Part shown: positions 27,001 through 40,032 of the stretch, in pieces
Layout of the letters: each line of letters opens with the position of its first letter
Position numbering within the stretch: the stretch's first letter is position 1
NCBI RefSeq assembly: GCF_964355755.1
Contig: NC_092674.1
Coordinates: 4,278,001 to 4,342,000 of the forward strand
DNA: 64,000 nucleotides
Origin: Antedon mediterranea
Lineage: Eukaryota > Animalia > Echinodermata
Direction of reading: 5' to 3'
The notes under the pieces: model-generated
Seen by the model: only the letters and a program-made list of their open reading frames with translations
What the model was told of the DNA's origin: nothing
Databases searched by the model: none
Translations under genes and position numbers: made by a program

Positions 27001-28730
27001 TCTGCAGTTTTTTAACATGATTTTGAAACTTTATTTTGCTTTTATACTTTCTAGCCGCTGACTTTCTAATGTCAATTTACTTGTTCATAATCGCCGTACA
27101 AGACCATAGATTCCGTGACAACTACAACCAAAACGCGCGCCAATGGATGGACAGTATAGGCTGCAAGATGACGGGTTTCCTAGCCATGGTCTCCAGTGAG
27201 GTCTCAGTGCTCCTCCTTGCTTTGATTTCTGTAGAACGTTTTGTATGTATCGTCTACCCGTATGAGTGCCGTCGTCTGAAAAAGAAAAAGGCAACAATCA
27301 TTATCTCAAGTATTTGGACTACATGTGCATTGATCGCCTGTGTTCCGATGTTTGTGCAAAGTTATTTTGGAAACTTTTATGGAACCAATGGTGTATGTTT
27401 TCCGCTGCATATACATGAACCACGTTTGAAAGGATGGGAGTACTCTGCTGCGATTTTTCTGGGGATCAACCTCCTGGCTCTTGTCTTGATAATTGTGTCA
27501 TATGTTGGTAAGTTTAGGCCTAACAAATTCGCTTTCCATTTTCTTTCACTCTTCGTGATCATACATGCCAGTAATCTGGAACTTCTTCCTCTCTCGGTTT
27601 TTGGACACAATGTTGCCGGTCAAATTCTATAACACAATCATAATGTAGCCTCACGTCATATAACTATAATTCTCCTTATGTTTTTATCTGTTTTTTATTT
27701 CAAATGTTAACATTTTTATAGTAAACCACTGATGGATCTACTTACTAATCTTTAATATATAATTATACCAACTTGTTTTCTTCTCTTTATACAGGTATGT
27801 TTATGAGCATACGGACCACGCGTAATGCTTCCACCGTGCAAATAGGCTACAAGGGCGATATGAAATACGCACGCCGTTTCTTTTTCATCGTTCTCACCGA
27901 TTCTCTCTGTTGGATACCTATCGTGATTATTAAATTGATAGCACTTTTTAATATACCGATAACGGGTGAGCGTAATAAAGGAATCGGTTTACCAAACATA
28001 TTAGGCATCATTCTACATTACATTCTACATTACATTCATAATGATGATAACTTTGGTCGAGTTAATCAAAGTGGGCATAATAGGCGTAATATTATTTATT
28101 GTAATATTTTAGAATAATTGTATCTTTTTTTTTCTGCTAGAAAATCTATATACATGGATCGTAATATTTGTATTGCCGGTAAACAGCGCCCTCAATCCGA
28201 TTTTGTATACTATTTCGACAACAACTTTTACTCAATGGTTTATGAAGGCGCTAAAATTACACGTGACGACACAGAACTACGTCACAAAGAGAGCAAAAAG
28301 TAGGGTTTTTTTATATTTAAATAGCGACCTTTCGTGTTTGAAATATGTTGAGCATGCGCAGAATGTTAGACCTAATAGTTACGTAATAGGTGACGCGTCG
28401 TGAAAACAAATGGTCACTATTATAGGCCTATACAAATGTTACTCAATACCCTAAGGAATATCCTTCCTTATACCTGATCTCGTCACTAAAATACTTAATC
28501 TAATCTAATTTACAGAATCACATATTGAAACAAATAAGGAAAATACGGCTGACATGTCTGATAGAGTTCTGTCTTCAACAAGACCATCACTTCAAACAAA
28601 CTGTAGCGAGTTGCTGCCAAACACGACCTCAGCAGATGAAGATGCCGCCGAACCACAAATACACCTCGATACTCGCTGTTATGTTGAACCACCAACATCA
28701 ATAACAGCATCTTACGTAACATGTGTTTGA
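7754..28730 (+). CDS. Relaxin-family peptide receptor RXFP1/RXFP2-like (LGR type C: signal peptide, one LDLa, linker, LRRNT, 10 LRR, 7TM), ~777 aa, 19 coding exons
   Basis: Exons with GT-AG and consistent phase: 7754-7793 ([13 protein letters not shown]), 9590-9724 (LDLa [37 protein letters not shown]), 14817-14912, 15529-15640 (LRRNT); LRR exons 16602-16673, 17866-17937, 18746-18817, 20836-20907, 21247-21321, 22066-22137, 23065-23136, 24146-24217, 24693-24764, 25495-25566; 26514-26743 ([19 protein letters not shown] + TM1), 27055-27507, 27795-27965 ([15 protein letters not shown]), 28141-28299 ([13 protein letters not shown]), 28516-28730. Total 2334 nt, in frame. Confidence 0.93.
8521..8853. 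mobile_element. Kolobok-like non-autonomous DNA transposon
   Basis: Termini TTAA-AGATGTATTGTCC...GGGACAATTATAAATCT-TTAA. Related pieces occur at ~59480-59680 and ~60130-60275. Confidence 0.55.
11130..13220. mobile_element. Cluster of PIF/Harbinger-like MITEs (two ~165-210-bp subfamilies), nested and tandem
   Basis: TIR AGC(G/T)TGGTTCCCACTAG...CTAGTGGGAACCA(A/C)GCT with TTA/TAA TSDs. Copies at ~11265-11444, 11605-11784, 11787-11966, 12030-12391 (one nested in another), 12520-12702, 12777-12983 and 13058-13218. Confidence 0.85.
14010..14260 (-). mobile_element. SINE fragment (same family as 23670-23975)
   Basis: Shares the core CCTACTCGT.TCGAAAGATGTACTAGGTTCTTTAAAGTGCACATGAGC...GTACACTGGACCTAC with the copy at ~23.8 kb. 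Confidence 0.6.
16457..17687. mobile_element. MITEs of a second family (TIR AGCTCTGTCTACACTATCAAACT), interspersed with one copy of the first family
   Basis: Copies at ~16457-16573, 16710-17148 (contains a (TA)n expansion at 16808-16894) and 17512-17686. A first-family MITE lies at 17248-17428. Further copies at ~19056-19380, 30016-30158, 31015-31145, 31558-31653, 44043-44294 and 51020-51176. Confidence 0.75.
19716..19932. mobile_element. PIF/Harbinger-like MITE
   Basis: Same subfamily as 12777-12983. Other copies at ~20563-20745, 35716-35877, 42825-43095 and 58818-58965. Confidence 0.8.
23140..23435. repeat. Degenerate minisatellite (ATCGATTATCATTATAC-like units)
   Basis: Repeated ATCGATT motifs immediately after an LRR exon; this explains the spurious ORF 23127-23615. 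Confidence 0.85.
23670..23975 (-). mobile_element. tRNA-derived SINE
   Basis: The minus strand begins GTGGCCGAGCGGTTAAGACAGTGG (Pol III A-box-like), followed by GGTTCGA (B-box-like). The body is shared with 14010-14260. Confidence 0.65.
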
Positions 28731-31700
28731 ACATGGAGTATTCCTTTCCATTCCAGTTATGTCTGCATTTCTTACTCCTGAAGACGATCAAAGCATATTG
28801 ATCGAAATCTTGAGAAACTCAACAGTTCCTTTTAGAACTGATACACGTGGTGTACCGCAAACTTTATATCAACATATAATGTCTACCTTCTTATCTATAT
28901 CTGTTCAGGCTTTCTTTATTTATATTTACCCGCGTAAGTTCGTTTCATGGTGGTCACATTTATAGATTACTTTTTGGTGGGTAGGAACTAACTTACACAG
29001 GTATAAATAACTAGCCTTAACCGCTTATGCCTACTCTCCATTAGAAACATCCATCATTTAAAAATACTTTTTAGCTCGGGGTTATCTTGTTCTCTAAGAG
29101 GCGCGGTGGATTGAGTAGATTGGAATGTGTTAAGTGATTGGACACAACTGGGCTAGGTTTGGACAGATTTGCATTACGAAAAGTGTAAATGTAAATCTAT
29201 ATAATTATATGATAATATAAGTTTGGAAGATTTATAGAAATGTATATAATGTTTTTATTATTGGATTGGTTGCTTCAGTTGTTTTACACTTTAGCACCGT
29301 CAATTATATCTTTGTACTGTATTTTGTTACATATGTAATGTATCAATATCATTGCCAGTATGACTAACTAACTGAGTTATTTTAAATATATTAAAAAAAC
29401 GATCGTTATTAAAGATTAGCTAAAAGGTGCAAATATTTTTTTAAGCATTATAAAACCGATCATTATTAAAGAATTAGCTAAATTGTAAATAAGCAAAACA
29501 TAAGTGCCAGTATAATACATTAGTTTAAATTTATTCCAAGCAGCTTACGATGCGGAACTTGGTATTGTGGTGTGTATATAGTGTAAGAATATCGACATAA
29601 GACACTTTTAATATATGACTTCTGGTAGAAATATGTTCTATCTTGATAATGCTAATGTCAGATTTGTATTGCGTATAATGTATTGTTTGATTGAAACGTC
29701 ACGAGCGTTACATTCCATTTTAAAGAAGAAAAATGTGTTCCGTAAATTTAGTAGATTTTGAAGTTGGGGATATCAAGTTTGACACACTCCGTCCTATGCT
29801 AATATTGTGCTATAGCTTATGCGTTTCGGCGACGAGGTTTGTTGTAAAACGACGTATTGAAGATCCTCTTTTGAATGAAGGATCATCGGATAATTTCAGC
29901 TGGGGAAATGGTTTTAGCATTAAGGTGTATTTCAAACATTTGGAGACGCGACGTTCTCTCAAAATGAGAAGGTACGCGCCCCCGCGGGATCGGCCGATGA
30001 CGTCAACATTATACTTAGCATTGTCTACACTGTCAAATTAGTTTGACAAACAAAAGTGTGATGTGCCCAAATATAGCAGTGATATGACATCATCATGTCC
30101 ATATATGGGCACATCACATTTGTTTTCCACATAAAGTTTGATAATGTAGACAGAGCTTAAGATGTAAGAAGTATAATAATAAAATCAACATTTTGTTAAC
30201 AAGTGGCAAACCAAATATAGAAAGGTGTATTAGATATGGTAATTAGTTTCTCAAAACCCTGCCTTGTCATTAGCAGCATTATTGTTAAAATAAGATTATT
30301 ATTTTTTATGGTAACATTTGACGATTGTTTTAATAATTAATATTATTTTAATAATCAATATTATTTTAATAATTAATATTGAATAAACATTTATTTTTTA
30401 AACTTTATGATTTATTTATTTCTAAATTTTATTTTGTATCAACTTTAAACTTAAGATTCGGGTTACGATTATTTTATTAGAATTTTTTATACACACCATT
30501 TCAGAAATAAAACTGTTTTAAAAGTGTTTCCATTCATTAATTTCAATAATGTACTTTTACATGTTTGATTGATATTTAATACGCTGAAATCCACATTTCC
30601 AATTTTGATACTACGGTACTAGTAATATTAGTCAGTTTGGTCAGTAATATTAAAGGTGTACTCATGTATGTTTTAATATTTAGAATATGTTAAAATTGGC
30701 GAATCATTTCGAACGGTACGTCCGACATAGCACTCGTATTCGCACCAAGTGGCCGCGGAACACCAGGTCACCGCGGTGCAACAGGTCACCGCGGCGCACC
30801 AAGCGCACCAATTAAGAAGATTTCAGATTTTGAAATCGTTAAAATTGGCTGCCAGCAATTTTTAGAATCAATAATACTTTCCAATATGGCGTGAAAGATT
30901 TATTAATATACCTTTATCGATTTTGATTCGATTTTATTATTCGATATCTGATAATTGATAAATTCAAATTTATCAATTATGAAGAAAGTTTCAGCTATGG
31001 ATGAAAATAATATAAAGCCCTCTCTACCATCAAAATTGTTAAAGAAATAAAGTGTGATGTGCCTAAATATGGTAGTGATATGACGTCATCATGTCCATAT
31101 ATGGGCACATCACATTGTGTTGTCACATAAAGTTCGACAGAGCTTAACGCAGGCCTGTGATACAACGATTGTATGCTGTATAAAGTCATGGCAATACATA
31201 TGCAGTATGAAGCACTTGAAGTCTTATAATAATATGATAGATGATATCATTAAACTTATAGATTATAGTTTTACATAAAATAAATGACCGGTTCTTGTGT
31301 TATTGGAATATTATTCTATTAATAGCATACCAATCTCCGTTTAATTATATCAAATCACTCGGCGTCTTCTGATCCGCGATTATAATGTTTTTGATCTTCA
31401 CATTCAATATTGTCGTTTTATGATTTCGAGCAATAACAGAAATTAAAAAAAAGTATGTCAATCCATCAACTTTTGTTATGAACAATTCGTGAAAAGGATG
31501 ACGATGATGAGGAGGGGAGGAGGAGGATGAGGAGGATAGAACGAGAAGAAGACGTATAGCTTTGTCTACACTATCAACATACAGTATATGGAAACGATGA
31601 CGCCATATCACTATCATATATATATTATAAGTTTGATAGTGTAGACAGAGCTTAAAAAAGATAATGGCAATATTGAGAGGAGGGCAGTCAACTGATAACT

Positions 31701-31927
31701 GAACAAGTTCCTACTTAAAGGGTTTGTCTGCCCCTTTGATACTTAATAGTTAAACTTTCAATTCCAAAATTATTGTAGGTACAGAACTTAAAGTGTAATT
31801 TAAATTGAATTGTTTCAAATAGCGGGTATAGCATAAAAAAGGATAGGCCCTACTTAGGCATATGTTACAACGAGCAAACGGAATGTAGGGAAATCTTCTC
31901 TTCATCGGGAAATCTTCTCTTCATCTT

Positions 31928-32060
31928 GATGATGATGATGATGATGATGACGATGACGATTACGACGACGATGACGATTACGATGACGATGATAATATGA
32001 GAATGATAAAATACTCATGATAATGATGGTAATAATATGGATGATACTTATAACGATGAT
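31928..32060. repeat. (GAT/GAC)n microsatellite, degenerate
   Basis: GATGATGAT...GACGAT tract. Confidence 0.85.
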
Positions 32061-32149
32061 AAAGTGAGGATAATACTATAATAATAAAGAATATATAATG
32101 AAGATAATAAGGATGGTCATGTATATGAATAGATATAGAAAAACACATA

Positions 32150-32727
32150 TAGTAATTATCATTAAAAAGTATCGATGCTGTCCCTCCCGTAAGCAACACA
32201 ATTGTATATGGAAAGTTATCGCTATATCGTTGCATTGGAATAATGGACAACGGCTTGTTAGTTAAAGTTGACCAATCACCAGATGTTTGCATAGTCTCAT
32301 TTGCATATCAACCTGCATTATAAAGCGTTTTGTACGTTGTTAAGATTTTTAGTTAAGATCTGGTGAGTGAATCGGCAAGACACGCCTTGTTGAACCGTTA
32401 ATAACTAACTACGAGAGGAAGCTGGTGAGTTGCTATTGTTTGATTAGATGTTATTGTACTCTGCAGACTATTAGTATTAATAATAACATTAGACAATCAT
32501 AAGTGATCTGGTATTTATTGTCTATCTCCTGGTTCTTTCTCTGCAGTCTCTCCTGAGTGAGAGTCAAAGTGAGAGTGTTTAACAATTATTATACTAGACT
32601 ATTATTAGTAACAAGCCACTGTCTGGGTCCCAACTATACGTGGGTAAACACCATCCAGGGCAGTCAGCCAGACAAGAATATGTCAAAACAAGTCATCCAG
32701 GGGTGTTGTTCAGACATGTATGTTACA
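32150..32727 (+). mobile_element. Probable 5'-eroded solo LTR
   Basis: Ends in ...ATGTTACA like the LTRs at 51800 and 58233. Contains CCAAT (~32272), octamer ATTTGCAT (~32299), TATAAA (~32319) and GTGAGT donor-like sites. No matching TG start or TSD was found. Confidence 0.4.
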
Positions 32728-33009
32728 GTATTATATTAGGTGTTTTCAATAACATGACACTATAGATATTTCAATTCAACTCGATAGTTTATAAAGTGGT
32801 TTATTTGATGCTTTATCTAGATAGAGCTAGGCTATTACGGTGAACCACCTTCATATTCTTGAATTTACCCTGAATCTTTGATTCTTGGAGAACTGTACTC
32901 ATTTTTCCTTCGAACATTACAGCATTCTTAGTAACATTTATTTTCCTCAAAATAAAACAGTCTACAAAATGGTGTAAAGAAAGGTAATATGATTGAAGAA
33001 GGCATGTTC

Positions 33010-34185
33010 AAAAAAGCAAAAAACTTGTGACAGACATGCCTAAACAAAGATTAGATTTAAACAACACGGAAAAAGAAAAAAATAATATAAAATAAAATAA
33101 AATAAAGAAATAACAATATAATATAATAAAAATGAATACTTGGATGTGATATATCTTAAGTTTAAATGAAAAGCTTTTTTTAGATACAGCAACTTTGATA
33201 TTTGAAGGTAGTTTATTCCATAGTTTAGGTTCACTAAATCTTATGTTATATTGAAATGATGTTTTTTTATGAAGAGGGATATGCATATCCTGTAGTTCCG
33301 AGTTCTATAATTGTGAAAAGATGCGTTTGGTTGGAATAAATTTGTAAATTGAGGTGGGTTTAGGGAGTTAATCGATGAGTAGAGAAAAGTACACTGTTGA
33401 TGATAGTTAAGGTCTTTCAACTTTAAAAGGTTTAGGGAGGAAAATAAGGGATCTGAGTGAGCTAGTGGTGGTGCACCTGATATTATTCGAACTACTTTCT
33501 TCTTTCTGTTTGATAAATAATCTGCTGTGATTGTTCATCATCAAGATTTACAGGTTTGCGAGTGTTTCGAAACAAAATAGAACAGCATTTCTTAACGTTA
33601 ACGGAAAGTTTGTTTGCTCGGAAATATTCACACACTTTAGTCAGTTCCTGGTTGACAACCGCAAAAAGTGACTAAATATTTGGATTTGTATAAAGGAGGG
33701 TAGTATCGTCAGCATAGCGGCAGAAAGAAAATAATTTAGAGGATGAACAAATGTCATTTATATATAAAGAAAATAAAAGTAGGCCAAGCAGTGAACCTTG
33801 GGGGACTCCACATGATATTGGTATAAAATGAGAGGTAACATTGCTATATTTAGTACATTGAAATCTATTTGACTGGTAACTTTTAAATAGATCATGTGCA
33901 GGTCCACGGATTTCATAAATGAAAAGTTTAGATAAGAGAATGTTATGATTGATAGTATCAAAAGCTTTTGAAAGATCAATGAATGTTCCAATAGCAAAAT
34001 GGTTTTTTTTCAAATGCATCCACAATACTATAGTAAGTTGTAAAAGAGCCATTGAAGTATCATATCCTTTTCGAAAGCCATATTGATGGTCAGAAAGAAT
34101 ATTGTGTTTAAAATAAATTTGTATGTCCGATCATAAATGATGCGTCCAAACATTTTGGAGAAAATTGACAGAATGGAGATGGGAG
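33010..34185 (-). mobile_element. 5'-truncated, degenerate LINE (L2/Crack-like) reverse transcriptase
   Basis: RT motifs FIDLSKAFDTINH, GVPQGSLLG and YADDT; C-terminal PKLWNKLP. Frameshifts and stops are present. Confidence 0.9.
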
Positions 34186-34279
34186 GTAGGCATACAGCAT
34201 CGGCGACCGTCTTGCAATCCTAAACCATAAACCATGATAGCTCCAAGATTTCTCCTTTGTATTCTTTTAAGCTATAAAG

Positions 34280-37200
34280 ATGTGTCCTTCGTGGTTGGTG
34301 ATGTTGGTGTTTGCTAATTTGGCCGTCCAAGTCGATAGTTTTGGCGAGGCTATCGAAGATGTTGTTGTCGATGAGAGGTTTCGTAAAGTAGGCAAAGCGT
34401 ATGTGGACCGCTTTGATATCGTCAATAACGCACTGGATCTATTGATTATAACCGAGGTAAGCATTAGGCCTATTTTAAAGCTTGGTTCCCACTAACTTAC
34501 TGTATGTGTGACATGTGATACAAAGATTAACTTTATTCTTCGTTGAGCATTTCCAAAATTGACTTATTGGCAAGATCAAAATATTTGAAAATATAAAAAG
34601 TAGCTCTGTGTTTAAAATGTTAAACCGTTAGTTCTTACACAAAGAAACTTATAATTTCCTTCCGTCTTATGAAGAATGCCCTTTAGCGCCATTTTAAAAG
34701 GTTCATTTCACGGCGCTTATTCTGCAGCTCTACTTTCTGAAAATAAGTAAATTAATTTTTAAAAAAGTAACATTTTTGCTAATATTTCAATGTAATCAAT
34801 TTTAAACCAGGAGCTCGGGAAGGAAACTACATTTTAAATAATGTAAACAATGATATGATAAAATATTTTACAACAGGATACGGTAGGAGTCCACGAGATA
34901 TGGGTGGTTGATTTCGAACCTTACGACATCATTCCGAACATAACGGTTATAGAAATGGATACCGGTGACGTGTTCCCCGAAAACAGTGGCGAATGTTCTA
35001 ACGTCATAAAAGGAGGGCCATTCATCCAGGACGTGTTTGAGAATGGAGCCCTGTTCGATGACGAGTACAATCTTGAGTGAGTACGAGATGCTAGCCAATT
35101 TCAGAATTTATTTACGTGATTTAATAGTCCTAACGAATGAATGTAAAATTCATGCTATTGAGGCGCAAAAGCAGGAAACGCACTTTCGTTAGGACGTGTG
35201 GCACCCTAGAACATACAGAAGCAAACAAAACATTCTATACATTAATTTTCATAAATTAAGAGGAAAATAAAGCCAACTGTTATGTTTTTGAAAGCTTTTA
35301 AGCTTTATCTACACTATCAAACAATTTTGGACCTAATATAGTAGTGATATGACGTCATCGTTTCCATATATGGACAAATAACTTTTTGCCACATATTTTA
35401 TTTATTTTATATTACATTTTTTTTTCTTCAACTTGATAGACCGGTTCAATATACAACTCTTGCATTAAAAACCACCGCACCAAAGAAGCTGTTCATGACG
35501 TTTTCCAGAGACGATCCATTTATCGTGACTGATGTATATAATGACAATGTTACAAGGCGACAATATAAATATGAATTTACAGGTAATTTTACTATTAGTT
35601 TCCGTGACCATATTTTAAAATATTGAGCCGTTAACCAAATAAAATCCTCCTGAAAATATGAAATTTTTCCACAAGGTATTAAACCTAGGAATCCAGTATC
35701 GGTATCCGGCAACGTCACGCAACCAAATGCCCTTCCAATAATTGTGTTTGCCCCCGCCTGCGTGAAATCAAACCTGCATCATTGCGTCGTCGGTTCCCAT
35801 TTGTGATGATTACGCGATACAACACTTTGCGTCAATACGTCGCTGCGTTGCGTCCTCCTTAGTGGGAACCACGCTTTATCCTCTGTATACACGCCCATTC
35901 CCATCTCTCTGTTCAAAATCACAACAGTAATGTGTGTTTTGGGCGAATAATTCATGCAACTGTCGTTCGTTTTACAGACTGAACATATGCTGATAAAAAA
36001 AAAACTAATACAAAATATTAAAATTGGGATTTTTCAGGAGACTTTGAATTAATGTTTAATTGTTCAAATCGACTTGGAAATAGTATTTGGTCTTACGGTG
36101 ATACGCAGACTCTCATAGAATTCAAGTCAACTGTGTACTTTACAAACGTCCGACCTGTTGACAATACTGACGGAACTAAGGTTTGTCTTATTTATTTATT
36201 TAATCGGTATAAAGATTCAAAATACAACTCATTGTTGAAATGAGAGCTTACACAGGAAAATGTTAATTAACATAAAAACCAAGTTTAACAAATAATTAAC
36301 ACATTAAGGCCTATGATACATTAATTAATTAGGCCTACTGTATAATTCGTTTTCTTGCGATTTTACAAAATTGATCAAATGGAAAAATTGCTCAAAAAGA
36401 TGTGTTTTAAGGGATTTTTTTGGTCACGATATGACGTCGTGGTGTCTATGACGTAATTTCTAAACTTTTTTCTAGGGCTTGTCTTTCGTATCCACCAGTG
36501 CAAATCTGTACTACAGCATATACCGAATTGCTATGACGAATTTTATCATAAGTTCAGAACCACTGGTAGAGCTCTCAATTGATTACGTGATTATTTCTCC
36601 GTATGTCGTTGTAAGTATATTTTCTACTTGTATTTTATTTCAATAATTTCATGCCATCGATATCCGATTTGGAAAAAAACCCATTTGGATAAACCAAATG
36701 ATGCCATTTAACCTTGCTTTAAATTGGAACGGTCCGATTGTGTAACCATTTTTCAATTTAATTAAATTGCTTAACGTACATAGAAAATTGGGTTGCTCTC
36801 TGAGACTACAGCACATTAATGCAATTTGGTGACTATTTAGGCCGAGGTTGCAGTTCCAAACGCCGCTCATATACAAATTCGATTCAGAACAACGATCGAA
36901 TCACCTGAAGGAGAACTGTTGATCTTTGAGCCTGGGACCATTGAATACGAGCCAATGGATAACAACAACAGTCTAAATACCGATTTTGCAATTGTATCAC
37001 CGATGAGCGCAATACCATGTGACCAGTAAGTGTAAACATCAAATTCAAATCTTGTATGTATTCTAAAGCCTGGTTCTCACTAGGAAGCAAGGCAAGCGAC
37101 AGTTCTAATACATCGTTTATGATTTGTCATGTTTGTTACTCGCTTTTACTTAAACTTAATAACGCACTCATGCGTAATATTATAATTTTATATGTAATAT

Positions 37201-40032
37201 ATTGAAAAGAAGCGACAGTTATAATACATCGCTTATGATTGGTCAAAGTTTGTTACTTGCTTTTGCTTAAACTTAATAACGCACTCATGCGTAATATTAT
37301 GATTTTATATGTAATATATTGAAAAGAAGCGACAGTTATCTTATGATTGGTCAAAGTTTGTTACTTGCTTTTGCTTAAACTTAATAACCACTCATGCGTA
37401 ATATTATAATTTTATATGCAATATATTGACAAGAAGCGACAGTAATATGATTGGTCAAATTTACTTGCGTTGCTTAAACTTAATAACGCACTCATGCGTA
37501 AAGCAATTTTATATATTATATTGACAAATATATTACACATATTCTGTACAATAAAACTTTTAGAACTGGTATATGCGAACAACTTTGGGATTTTGAGTTG
37601 GTGTTGGACGTTAGAGAAAATGTTGTTGCCAACAACGAACCAATCGACGCAACCGGAGTATTCAAGTTTATGTTTAGGAAACATCGTTGTACGGATTCCA
37701 CTACTGTACCAGCCAATTGTGTAGATTTAAACGAACCAGCTCTTACCATAAGTATGGAAATTACTATTCAGGTAGGCGCTTTTCAATGCTTATATATTAT
37801 GCAATCACCTGACGGATTAATACATAATGAAATTGCTAATTTTAAATGGAAACCCTGGGCAAAAAGATGAGTTTTTAATGATTGTTTTTTAAAGAACATA
37901 AGTTAGTACTATTGGCGAATAGACAGTTGTGGGCTGTCGCCATAAGAGTCGGTTGATATAGGCTGATGAAGCAGTAGATTGTCGCCAGATGGTAATCAAT
38001 TAGGACAATCTATACTTGGGAGCCATCCCGTTTATAGACTTATAAATTAATAACAATATTTTATACTTAAATCGTGTCAAAATTATTATACTGCAGCAAA
38101 ATAAACATAATAAAAACCTAATAAATCATGTGCTCTTTCTATATAACCTATCTATTTTCGTCATTTTCTTGAATTTACTCGTCACGAAAAATGCATAGGC
38201 CTAATAGGGAGGTTTCGCAACCTTACGAATATAATATAATTATACCTTTATTGAAAGTAATTTACTAAAGTAATTTACTAAAATGCCAGGGCAGTTTTGA
38301 TAAATAGCAGCCAAGCACCAAGCAACACGTACCTGCGCTTCCTCAAATTGACACGCAGTCATATTTTGGACGGCGCCCTCAATATTTCGTTGCCATGCGA
38401 AACAGATTTTTACTGGCTTACAAAAAACGAATGCGTGACGTATCCGTTGTCGTTATCGTATTCGTAAGGTTGCGAAACCTCCCTAATAGCATATAATAGT
38501 ATGTACATTTCACCTAGTTTTGGCCATTAGGGAAACATCGGTGCTAATTCGGCTAATATTTTTTTTAGACTGTTGTTACCGTTGCGGATTCGGAAACTGA
38601 CAAGCCTCAGATTATGGTTGTAAGTCTTACCGGTTACCAGAATGACAACCTTATACAGAATGGCGGAACAGTACGCGGTGTAAATCATATGGAAAAAGTC
38701 AAATATAAAGTGAGGTAATCCGTCTGATATCGGATCGGAGCTCGATTTCACTAACTAAAAATAACATAAATAAAATGACGTACTTAACATTTTTATATTG
38801 GAAAAAACTAGTTAAGAGCTCTTCCCTGGAGACTGAAATATGAAATGCTCTTCCATTTAATGAACAAAATCCAAAATAACAATAAAAAGAACAGAATTAC
38901 AGTGTTTTTAATTTCATAGGTACACACCGACTTTCTTGTACGACCGCTACGAATTGATGTTGACACTATTTATGGTATGCAGGGGTATTACATGGGCCGA
39001 CGAGCCAGAGGTAATGAAATAGAAAATTTAAAAATTCATACGGATAGTGGAATTGTCACTATGCAGCACCAATATGTTGTCTAGAAAAGAAATATTTCTT
39101 ATTGAATCCTTACTAGTATTCAAATGTTCTGGTTTCAAAACGATATTTTCATTTCAAATGTTAGGGTTGTTTAGCAGCAAACGTAGTGAATCGATATATC
39201 GCGTACTACCACGACGACTTCGAATTCAGCTACAAAGAAGAGGGTGTGGAGACGGTCTACAATTTAGACTCGTTAATGGGGGATGCATGGAGTCCTGAAG
39301 GAGACAACACAACTCAACAAGTTTTAACTTTTAACGGTGCCGAACCTTCGGATTCGACCATCTACCGGATGGATTTCGTAAACACTGCCTTATCAAGCGA
39401 ACGTGACCAATACGTAATTACGACCGTTTTTCGACTAGTTGCAAAGACTGAAAGGAAAAGAAGAGAGATATCGTCTGATGATTTGGATAGCAAACCGTTG
39501 ATACTGAACACAGTTCCTGCCAACGTTCACCACGTTGACACTCGTTCAATTGATGATTCCTTGGAATATCCCGCGGGTAAGCATTTTTGCATAATGCACT
39601 CATGCGTGGAAATAGTGTACGCGTAGTAGTGGTCTTTACTGACGCCATCATAACTGACGCAACAGATGCACACAGTATTGGAATAACATTGCTATAATAT
39701 ACATCTATAATGCTCCGTCCTTAAAGCAACTGTAAATTTGAACCATATCTAACCTTTCTTTCTTTATACTTTCAGAGTTAACCATTCCATTTGAATTTGC
39801 CGGATGCCCAGAAAACGCACATTTCGTCGCCGATGAACTCAATTGCGAATGTTCAGACGCCAGACAACAATACAGTGATTCAACATTTCAGTGTGAAACC
39901 ATATTTACACTAGAACTCCCGCTTGATGAAACCGACGATGACATCACTGGTTCTGGAACCACACGCGTGCATATTTCAAGTCTTGCAATATCGTTTCAAC
40001 TATTTGTATTTATAACTTTGAAATATAAATAA
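34280..40032 (+). CDS. Uncharacterised secreted, probably GPI-anchored protein (~698 aa, 11 exons), similar to the FRAS1/FREM2/ECM3 C-terminal domain
   Basis: Exons 34280-34456, 34877-35076, 35440-35582, 36038-36180, 36476-36610, 36841-37025, 37564-37771, 38569-38714, 38920-39010, 39165-39576 and 39776-40032 all have GT-AG, and 2097 nt join without stops. Features: signal peptide MCPSWLVMLVFANLAVQVDS, furin site RKRR, Cys-rich CPENAHF...CEC...C, hydrophobic C-terminal tail. The family call rests on remembered motif resemblance. Confidence 0.82.
37066..37505. repeat. ~110-118-bp tandem repeat (~4 copies) in intron 6, starting from a MITE-like terminus
   Basis: Unit AAGCGACAGT...ATGATTGGTCAAA...CTTAAACTTAATAACGCACTCATGCGTAA begins at ~37094, 37210, 37327 and 37434. 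Confidence 0.85.
38206..38484. mobile_element. MITE (Harbinger/ISL2EU-like)
   Basis: Perfect TIR AGGGAGGTTTCGCAACCTTACGAATA / TATTCGTAAGGTTGCGAAACCTCCCT, flanked by AAT on both sides. Confidence 0.8.

Noticed and set aside
38709-38714. Alternative donor after 38709 for exon 8 of the orphan gene
   Set aside because: It puts exon 9 out of phase with exon 10; the donor after 38714 keeps the frame.
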